From the human T2T-CHM13v2.0 reference genome, Homo sapiens: a DNA stretch of 64,000 bases. Below, piece after piece: positions 53,705 to 64,000 of this stretch. The stretch lies in the NCBI RefSeq assembly GCF_009914755.1, contig NC_060928.1; one strand, 5' to 3'. The notes beneath the pieces were generated by a model, which ran no database searches, was not told where the DNA came from, and saw nothing but the letters and a program-made list of their open reading frames with translations. The stretch's first letter is position 1; every line of letters begins with the position of its first letter. The translations under genes were made by a program, and so were the position numbers.

Positions 53705-56177
53705 TATTTCTCAAAACTGTACCAATTCAGAAAAAGTACTTTTAATAGCAGCAACATACTATAGTAGAAAGAACAATAGGTTAAAAGTCAAAAGACATCA
53801 TTCTACTTGTGGCTGGGCTCATAAACTGATTTTCTTAACACTTGCATTAACATTCTCAACCCACTGTTCCCCGCTTCTACCACTAACTAATCCACTTAAA
53901 TTGTTTGCTTGGAGGTCACTACTGTACTTGATCTTTCCTCCCTTTAGTTTCAAACACAAACAATATTCTCATGATTTCACTTCATTTCCTAGTCATGGTC
54001 TTGTAGTTTCTTTTTCCACCTTCCTTTTCTCACCTGCTCTCTTAAAACTACAAGTTTGTTATGTTAAATTTCTGAAAACAGAAATAATCAGACTGACAAT
54101 GTTGAATTTTTGTTTTTTTAAATTTATTTTCAATACTATCTTCAATAAAAATTTAAGGAACAACATCTGTATGTCATAGTAATATAAGCTGAAAGTTAAG
54201 AAAACATATTCTATTACTTCTCAAAGTAGGTAGCAAATGGATGTTATCATGCAAATTAAAACTTTTTCTCCTAAACACTCTTTATGTACTTTATTGCACA
54301 TTTCATATGTGTGCGGCATAAAAGGCCTATTGCCTTACTTTGTACGTAAGCTACACCTAAGTTTGCGTAGTGTAATGTGGAAAAGTGATGTTTTAAAAGT
54401 TTGAAAATCATAATACATTATATGACCTTGAAGATCTTTCCCTGGTTCAAGAGAAGGGAAAATTATTATAGGCTCTGTCTTCTGAATTCATTGCCTTCTA
54501 CCTTGATGAGCACTTAAAATGTAAATTAAGGAAGAATACAGCTCTTAGGACTGACTTTGCTTAAAATCCCAGAGGTACTATGTTACAGATTTTATTTGCT
54601 ATTAAAAAAAATCATTGCAATTTTGTCAATGTCAGACAGATTTTAAATTCAACCTATTCCATACCAAGGTCTCCAGCAGCCTGTGTTCTTTAAATCTGGA
54701 CCTACATTTATTGTACAAGAAAAAAAAATCTGTTACAGTTTAACAATGAAGTGCTGCACAGGGAACAACTTAATTTCCTCTGTATTTAAAACTGAAATGC
54801 CACGGGGAAAACTTGCCCATTCATAGGGGTCAGCTAAGTTTCAGAGGAATTCTAGTTCATTCTCAGAATACTGTGGAGAGTCTGAGAATAGTCCACAGTT
54901 AGTAGAAGTAATTAAGACCCAAGATATTTTCCAGAGAGATCCCAGAAAGAGAGATGTGGCCATCCTGGTGTGCAGGGGAAAGAGGAAAGATAGGTTAATG
55001 CTTAGTTGCACTATAAAGATTCTCACAAAGTTTCTCAGAATCAAAGTCTCCATGTTTTCTTAGAAAATATGGAAAGTGGAGAGTAAACTATCCTTGTAGA
55101 TGAACGTTTGCTCACTCAACTGAAGACTTGAGGACATTCCTAGTGGTTTAAACCAAAACAGACAAGAAGAGCTGAAACCCTGCAAGAAAACTCTAAAGCT
55201 ACTGGAACTATTTCATCTGGTTATGTGGTCAATCATAGCCAGTGGTCAGAACCCAAGTCATGAGCAAATAATACTGCAGAAATTGAGTTTGTTTTCAGCA
55301 AGAGACATATAACTTACATTTTATTTTGGACCAGTGTCTCAAGTTTGAAAAAGAGGCAACAGGTAAAAGATTTTTTTTTAACTAAATTGTATCAGATTTT
55401 GAAAGAAAAAAAAAAACTGAAGAAAGGTGAAAAGAAAGCAGCAACATAGTGTTTTATAATATAACAGTAAAAAGTGCTTATTGGATATATAATGTGTTCC
55501 AGGCACAGTTACACCATGAGCTTTCAAATTCTTGATAATCTGTCAACAAAAAATACACTAATCTAGGTAGAGTATTCAGATGAGTTCAGAAAATATATCC
55601 ATAACAACACTTAAAATTATATGTCTTATGTCTTTTGAAGTAAATGCTTTTAACAGATAATAAAGACAATACATTGGTACTAGTATGATATCTGAGAAGC
55701 TTACACAAGTGAACTTTTGAAATGACGCCTCTAATTAAATTTAGAGATAGCTATTACATTGAATTTAAGAAACACAGAATTAGAATTTATATGCAACTCC
55801 ATCAAGATGCTGTTTCTAGACTGAGGGTAGGTGTAAAAAATTTAGTAGTATCATCCAACCCATTTATGGCCTGCTTCAGAACCCTTGTAATTCTGTAAAA
55901 TCCACACAGTAAGCCTGACCACCAGTAATTTTTAGCAACTTTCTTTCTCCATTCTCTCCTCTTCTCTAGGTAATGAATATAAAATTCCCAGTATAACTGG
56001 TTGGGCCCAGATTGATAGTGAAGTGTACCTCCCTTCCTCTGTTCTTAAAGGACTAGAACCGGAAAGCATAATGGCTTCTTCTGGGCAGAGGATGAGATAG
56101 ATAAAAGTCTCTTTAATGAGATAATCTATTGAAAAATGAGCCCTTGAACAGCCAGAGAGCAGCCAAAATAATACTGA

Positions 56178-56539
<362 letters not shown>

Positions 56540-56949
56540 TTCACTACTTTTCTTTAAAAAGCAAGCTGTAAGTTTGATTCAGCCCACTGATTGTCCTACA
56601 GCAAACACAAAAATAGCAAAGGCCAACCCTTAAGGAGTAAAATTACATATAAAGCAAGTAGGGCCGTTAGCCCAGGGGACACAGCTCTCTATCAATTTTG
56701 GTTTCTGGACATTTTATCTTATAAAAATGAAATTTTAATTATATTTTTAATTTTTACTTTATACAACTTTTAATTATAATGCATCAATTCACTGACTTAT
56801 TTAATGGTTTATGATAAAGCTGTCATGTTTGAGAAAAACTACCTTTGCAGTTTAAAAAATGTTATTGTATATTTGTAACTAAATTTTTTTATTTGAATTT
56901 TTAATTGACCTGATATTAATTTTGAGGCACAGTATAATGACAAGATTTT

Positions 56950-58330
56950 ATTTTATTCTTGTAGAAAGTAAACTATGGTTCTTGAAAAGTTTATTTGATT
57001 TATAATTCTCTTTTGGTTAGATGTGGGATTTACCTGTATCTGTGGTTATGTTTTTAAGTTCTCTATTTGTTTCCATTAAACTATCTATTCCTATGCAGAT
57101 ACCACAGCTTTTAACTACTAGAGTTTGATAATAATTCTTGATATTCAATAAGGAAATCCTTGGTTCTTTTCTCTTCCATATTCACTTTAGAATGAACGCA
57201 TACAGTCTTCATCAGACATTGTAATTCATATTTGATTTGCATTTATTTTTAATCCTTAGTGTAATTTACTTTAGGTGTTTATTATTTAAGCAGTGTATAA
57301 AGTTGTTTTTTTACTATAACAAAAATTTATCTTTAAGCGATAAATTTCATATATTTACATTTATTAAGATTGCTAATATATTTGAACATATTTCTACATG
57401 TACTTTTGTGCCTGTGTGTGTTTACTGTTGTATATCTTTGATTCTTTTGTTTTCTTTCATACTTTATATTGGATTGTTAACATTTTCAGTATTATCTCCT
57501 TTTTTCTCTTTGTAGAGGCCTACAAAGTCTAAAATATTCAATGTATCTTTCTTTTGAAGAAGACAAAATGTTAAGCTTTAAAAATGTTTTACCAAACATA
57601 TGAAATTAATAAGAATAATAATTCTACCTTTAAAATATAAGAAATCAATTTTTATTACAATTAAAGTCAATAGTTACTTAACTGCTGTGCTTGCCATTTT
57701 TCCTTGTATTCCATACATTTCTAAGAGGTTACTTTTATGCTGAAATAAACCTTTCTATAGTTTTTCAATGTGGGCCAATAAAAGGCAACATGTCCCGTTC
57801 TTTGTATCTTAAAATTTTTGACTAGCCCTTAATATTAAAATTATTAATTGAAATAATAACTTTATTAAAATCTTAGATATGTGAATAATTCTAGAACTTT
57901 CTCCCAACACTTTCAAATGTCTTGTGGCATTTAAAACATGATGAGATGTCTCCTGTTAATCTAATTATGATTCTTTTGTAGGCAATGTGTCTTTTATTTG
58001 GTAGTTTTTAACACCCTTTTTTTTAAACTTACTTTTTCTCTTCGGAGTCTAGCATATTATTTTGATGAAATTTCCAGTAGTATTTACAATTCATCATTTT
58101 TTCCTTTTATAATCTAATGTGTATAATCTAATGTGTAGCCTCTCCATTTAACTTTTACTTAAATGTCTATAGATTTTTTGTCAAGATTTTACATCATTTT
58201 GTCTTTTAAAAGTAACAACTTATTTTATATTTAACTTATTCTGATTTCATTTTGTAATTTCTTGTGATTTTTGGGCATTATGCATTTTTAAAAATTCAGG
58301 CTTTTACAAAATTTTATTTCCTCTGGAATA
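56950..58330 (-). mobile_element. Ancient L1M fragments (degenerate)
   Basis: T-rich antisense L1-like motifs (TCTCTATTTGTTTCCATT...CTATTCCTATGCAGATACCACAG; GATGAGATGTCTCCTGTTAATCTAATT). Confidence 0.55.
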
Positions 58331-59827
58331 TAATCTTATGCACTTATGTATTTACTTGGTGGTTGTGGGTGTGCATGTGTGCATGTGGGCCTGACAGATG
58401 GTACGTGTTTGTCTGTGTTTTTAAGTCTACCTCCAATGCTGATACTGGCAACTTTTGTCTTCCACCATCTGACTATGCTGAGAGCATTGCAGATTCAGTC
58501 ACCAGCCTAGTGGTCAGCTTGCCTGACTGTCATGGTTTTTTTAAGCATCCACCTCTCTCAACACACAGCTTTATTTAAGCCGCACCATTGACCAGCCTTT
58601 TACCCCACCTCAAATCAATACTATCCTAGTCCCTGGATTGAGGGACTGGTTTGATTGTGGCAGCTTCCAAGAACTTGTAATAGAAAGTTGTCTTCCCCAT
58701 TTTCCCCAAAGAGCTAAATCTCCAGGCTGCCTTTCCTACTTCCTCGGAAACCCTTGACTTTTGCCAGTTATGCCTCGTACACCCCCACAAAGCTATGCCT
58801 TTTTCATTTCCCCTTTTATATTTTATTTATTACTGTTTTATAGTTTATGCTTTGTAATAGCCTCAAAGTCTAAGTAAGGTAACCAGTATGTTTTGTTCTG
58901 TTTTAAAATTGCTGGTGTACCTGAGGCATGCTCACACTATAATTCATCTGTATCTATTAGACCTGCAAGGATGAATCAAACATTAACTATTTATTGGGTA
59001 GAGCCCAAAAATAAACTTAAAAGTCATTCAAGCATTTTTTTAAGTTTCACAGAAATACCATTTGTAAGGCATTTAATGACAACATATATCTTGCAACCTT
59101 TGTTTCTTTGAAGTTACTTAGATGATAGGATTTTCATAAAGTTTTCTTGTGATAAAAGTGAAGTAGGTAATTTTTTATGTGCATTCATGAGTTTTGTTAC
59201 ATGCAAATTTGAACTGAAAATACTAATATATATACAGTTTAAGGATAGAACTGAGACATTACTATGAAAATCTGGAAGACAGAAAAGAAAAAAAAATGCC
59301 AATCTGAATGAGATCTTTTATAAACAAGGGTTGACATGTGATTATTTTATATATGCATTAACAGAAACCCTTGGGTGAAGAAAATTGATGATAACATTGG
59401 AAGATCATTAATGGAATACACATTTATGGGATACACAGCCTATAAGTAATTCAAATTATTCACTAAGGGAATGATTATTAAAGACATTTCTTTTTAAAAG
59501 AAATCCCACCAGTTGTACAGATTTTCAAAAACTATGGTCCAAATAGTTAATATGCTAAAGTTAATTTGGTGGCAACATAAATCCAATTCATGAAACATGT
59601 AAAACTAGAATTTTATATGTATTTGAAAGACACCTTAGAATTTATAGTCCAAAGACCTTTCTCACAGATAAATAAAAAGAATCAGCATGATGAACTAAAC
59701 TCTGATTGTATATAACTAATTACTTCTAGTAATATGTCTGTAGTATTTTTACATATTTGTAGAGCAATATGTCTAGATATAAAGTTTTCTAAAACCCAGA
59801 GTCTTTTCAAGTTTTCATCAGAAGTTT

Positions 59828-60177
59828 TGCTGTGGTCTGAATGTTTCTGTCTCACGCAAATTCATACTTTGAAATCCTAACAACCAAGGTGATAATATTA
59901 GGAGGTGGGTTTGGGATGAGGTGATTAGGTCCTGAGAGCAGAGCTCTCAGAATGGGAACAGTACCCTTATGAAAAAGGGTTAAGAGTGATCCCTTGCCCC
60001 TTCCACCATGTGAGTACATAGGGAGAAGCCACCTTCTTTGAACCACAAAGTAGGCCCTCACCAGACAACAGATCTGCATTAATATTAGGCTTCCCAACCT
60101 CCAGAAATAAATTCTTGACATTTATAACCTTCCCAGCTTATGACATTTTGTTATACCAGCCTAAATGGACTGAGACA
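59828..60177 (+). mobile_element. MLT1A-like MaLR solo LTR
   Basis: TGCTGTGGTCTGAATGTTT...GGCCCTCACCAGACA...AATAAA...TTTGTTATACCAGCCTAAATGGACTGAGACA. Confidence 0.9.
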
Positions 60178-60458
60178 GATTCTAATAGAATAACTCCACC
60201 TGATTATTCCAATATCATAGAAGATGAGGAAGAAAGATTAAGAAAATAGAAAAAAGCTGTTGGTATTTTCTTTTTCCCGATCTTCCTATGTATTTCATTA
60301 TTTAGTATGCATATATCTACAATGATGTTTGCAAATTAAATATTTTTCTTAAAATGACTCTCATTGTAAAAGACTTCATATAAAAAATATTGGTCACATA
60401 TTGGCAGCATGTTATCCCAAGTTAATTTCAGCTATAATACCTTACTGTTTGAGACTTT

Positions 60459-60766
60459 TTTTTTTTTTTTTTGAGACAAAGTTTCACTGTTGTTGCCCAG
60501 GCTGGAGCGCAGTGGTGCCATCTGGGCGGCTCGCTGCAACCTCCGGCTCCCGGGTTCAAGCGATTCTCCTGTTCTCCTGCCTCAGCCTCCCAAGTAGCTG
60601 GGATTACAGGCGCCCACCACCACGCCCAGCTAATTTTTGTATATTTAGTAGAGACAGGGTTTCGCCATGTTGACCAGGCTGGTCTTGAACTCCTGACCTC
60701 AGGTCATGCACCCGCCTTGGCCTTCCAAAGTGCTGGGATTACAGGTGTGAACGACGGCGCCTGGCC
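60459..60766 (-). mobile_element. AluS (Sq/Sp-like) element, TSD GAGACTTT
   Basis: TSD at 60451-60458 and 60767-60774; small internal duplication TTCTCCTG x2. Confidence 0.96.
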
Positions 60767-62169
60767 GAGACTTTCTATTTTTATGGTTAATTAACTCATT
60801 AGTTTTGTTCAAATCCACACCTTACCTAAAGTGTAATCCTTCAAATATTATAATGATAACCTACTGCATATCATTTGTATGTTAAGCTTTAAAACAATAT
60901 CTCCCAGAAAACTCATCTGGAATTTAATATCTCCAAACAAATCTCTGCAAATTGTCATATTCTTTACAAAAAGATAAAGTGAGAAAAAACTTTGATAATA
61001 TACTTGATGTTACATAGCAAGTTCTTAATTAAAGCACAGTAATCAACAAACACTAATCAAAAATATCAACAGAACATTGTTTACAATCTGTCCCAGAGAA
61101 GGGACTTAAGCCTTGCTGTGTAATGGTGAAACTTTCCAAAATAGTCACCAAAATATATCATAGCAGTATTAATAAGAGAAGGCATCTCACAGCTCCAATG
61201 CTGAAAACAAAACAAAATGAAAAAATAATCCTCTCAAATTTGTCTTACACAATAATTCAATGTAAATTAAACAATTTTATTCTGTCTGTTTTATGCAGAT
61301 GCTAAATTTAAATAAGTAATCAGAACAGTTTTCCAAATTGTATAGCTTTAGAGATAGTAGTCAGAAATATCTATAATATGAAGGAAGGATAGGAAAGATT
61401 TAATCAAAGAGAGGCATCATTTCTTTGAGATTTACTCATCACAAGATTTTAAATGTGCTCTTTTTAAAGAAGCAACATGCTAGCACTATAAATATATCCT
61501 AGGAAGACAACACAGTGAGATTACAAATATAAAGCAATAGAATTCTAAAGAGCCTAGAGGGATAAAGTCCACACAGATATTGAGCATTTTTCATTTTCTG
61601 AAATCGCCCTGCCATTTTAAGCAACGAAGTGGAGGTCTTGTAAAATGACTGTAGTCTGCCATCCCTGTGCACTTGATGAAGAGTTTAGGAAAAAAATCAT
61701 GTGTCTGAAAGTGGAAAAACTCTCTTTTTGTTTTCACTGTCTATGTGGGTTCATTCTTAGGAGGAAGGAATATTCCTAAACCCGTAGGTTTAGTAATACA
61801 GTGTTAAATGTTTCATGATAACTATGCATTTAACCCTTATCACGTGCATAATAAAGAGGTTCATGAGTTTGAAAATTGCATATAGTCTTTTAAAACAAGC
61901 TCAATCAAACAAGAATGTTGTGTTTCCTACGCAAGTGATTAGAAAGGCGTAAGAACTAAATATCCATGCCCTATGTGAACAAAAGCTTATTATCCTTACA
62001 ACTATATTTTTTCAAATGACTATTAGTCTATATTAAATAAGAAACAACTTCAAGTACAAGTGATTTTTTCATTCCTAGTTTTTTGTGTTTATACAAGCTG
62101 CATTAGGGCAAAGAAAACTGTAGAAAAATCTTTTCCAGATATGTCAAGCCGCACAGAGTAAAAACAATA

Positions 62170-62330
62170 TAATAATGACAATAGCAAACATTTTCTGAGT
62201 GATTACCTTATTTGAGGCTCTATATTACATAGCTTATATGAATAATTAAACTTATAACAGCAACAAAAAAAGCTGAGGCTTAGGAATGTGCAGTGATTTG
62301 CCCAAGATGAACACATTGACAAAAGATTTG
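62170..62330 (-). mobile_element. MIR SINE
   Basis: ATAGCAAACATTTTCTGAGTG...GCTGAGGCTTAGGAATGTGCAGTGATTTGCCCAAG. Confidence 0.65.
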
Positions 62331-63399
62331 GATCACTGTTATTCATGATGACCAAAAATCAAGAGATTCTAATTAATTACAATTCACATGGCTATATAGT
62401 TTTTAAATGTTAACTTTATCAATATTTTTATAATATAGATATTAAATATGGCCAATAACACATTGAACATATTAGATATGTGAAGAATATTAAATGAAAA
62501 TAAAAATTACTTTTAATCACATATTATTTTAGAGAGTCATATTTTCTGGCCCAAATACTTATAGCCTATATAAACATGTCATTTGAATTAGAACACAAAT
62601 TATGCTCATTGCAAATGTGGTGGTCCAATGGGTTTATAGATCATTGTCTGCTCTGTAAGCTGTAATATCCCTTTAGAAGACTTAAGAATATATTTAAAGC
62701 AAAAATACTTTACTAAAACAGTCACCCTTAAATTGAATAGAATTAGAATCTCAGGTATTATCTGAGTAATTTGAGTGCCCATAGGACATGATTGATTTCT
62801 CATTGGAGGATATCTTTTCACTTATAAGCCACTAATAAAGCCCTAAACATATTTTATATTAAATGAATGAATGTATTTGTTTATACTCACATGGTGACAA
62901 ACTATGGATTGTGGGTATAAAAATATCAAAGTTGCTTATATAAAAAATTTTAAAATGTGTGGACCTGTTGTCCACTTAGGAACAAGTTCATTGATCATTT
63001 CTAAAATTGGCCATCTGGTGGCTTCATTTCAAATTGCATTCACGTTCCAAAAGATATACTTTGGATCTCTGGAGGATGTGGCTAAACGATTCAACTCTAT
63101 TTACAGAGATTATAGTAATCAAATGGCACAATGATATAAAATTACCCCATGCAATTGGAGAGTACCTACTGCAGCAGGGGCTTCTCACTGAGAGAAGATT
63201 CCCTGGGCTAGAAAGACATAAGTAGCATGAGAATGAGTCAGAAACTTCAGCCACAAAGTGAGAGCCCACTGGTGTCTGCAATGACACTGCTCGATGCTAG
63301 TTTCCACCTCACTAACTTTCCTAGCCTGCCTTCTCTTTTTCCGCAGTCATAGACCAGCAGACCTTATACCATATTTACACTTATCAGATTTTGGTAGGC

Positions 63400-63562
63400 A
63401 AGAAAATTATGGGTAGAGAGTGTTCGATAAAAGTTCCTAGGCCAGACCAAAGATATTCTGATTCTAGGGGTCTTAGATGAGATCCAAGAATCTACAATTT
63501 AAACAGGGATCACAGGTGATTGCAATATAGGTGGCGCAAGCCTCAGACTTGTGAAACACTGC
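63400..63562. mobile_element. MER5A-like hAT element
   Basis: GATATTCTGATTCTAGGGGTCT...CCAAGAATCTACAATTTAAAC...CAGGTGATTGC...CAGACTTGTGAAACACTG. Confidence 0.6.
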
Positions 63563-63909
63563 TCTATCATATCTGCTATACTCAGGTGAATAATAGATTA
63601 ACCTCAAAGCGTTTGAATTAAAACTTCTATACCAAAGTCTAGCAGATTATCTGTGGGTGACTATGCAGCATTCTTAAAACATTAAGAAATAAACAGTGTG
63701 ATTTCAGTGTTTAAGTTTAGGTGTTCTCTACTTAAACAGGGGCAGGCAGAATTGTTATCTATATAAGTACCCTCATTTATAGGGTTGGGGCCAGAAAACA
63801 ATTGTAGGCACTACAGTGCTCCATCAGAGGCAAAATATGGCACACTTGAGAATTTTAAAAATCCATTCTTTCTAAACTGAGATGCAATTGTCAGTGGCAT
63901 TAAAAATGT

Positions 63910-64000
63910 GAGCTGTAACACTCACCGCGAAGGTCTGCAGCTTCACTCCTGAAGCCAGCGAGACCACGAACCCACCAGAAGGAAGAAACTCCGAACACAT
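63910..64000 (+). mobile_element. LTR12 (ERV9) U5-region fragment, starting abruptly and running off the right edge
   Basis: GAGCTGTAACACTCACCGCGAAGGTCTGCAGCTTCACTCCTGAAGCCAGCGAGACCACGAACCCACCAGAAGGAAGAAACTCCGAACACAT matches the LTR12 U5 repeat as I recall it. Confidence 0.93.

Noticed and set aside
53643-54179. Longest ORF (178 aa)
   Set aside because: It has a non-ATG start inside Tigger2a, a composition typical of AT-rich noncoding DNA, and no recognisable domain.
58108-58137. 14-bp tandem duplication TATAATCTAATGTG x2
   Set aside because: Ordinary slippage duplication.

Overview
This is AT-rich, CpG-depleted primate (probably human or great-ape) genomic DNA with the character of a gene desert or large intron. 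I find no credible protein-coding gene, RNA gene, CRISPR array or prokaryotic-type system; every ORF in the supplied track looks like a chance or repeat-derived frame. The window is a layered record of transposons: L1 fragments of several ages, about ten Alus, L2 and MIR, DNA transposons (MER47, Tigger2a, MER5, MER103-like), MaLR/ERVL LTRs with an internally deleted ERVL gag-integrase remnant, a complete HERV-W (LTR17) solo LTR, an ERV1 solo LTR, and a 5'-truncated LTR12 at the right edge. Subfamily names come from recalled consensus sequences, not from a database search. The most notable structures not explained by repeat families are: (1) a young ~113-bp inverted duplication of unique sequence around a (TA)-rich core at 33.9-34.5 kb, with a smaller analogue at 23.45-23.56 kb; (2) a ~118-bp local copy of 49.4 kb sequence inserted into a MIR at 52.1 kb; (3) an old L1 with twin-priming geometry and a recoverable target-site duplication (TSD); (4) several non-canonical retro-insertions. 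I do not see evidence for a wholly new biological system.
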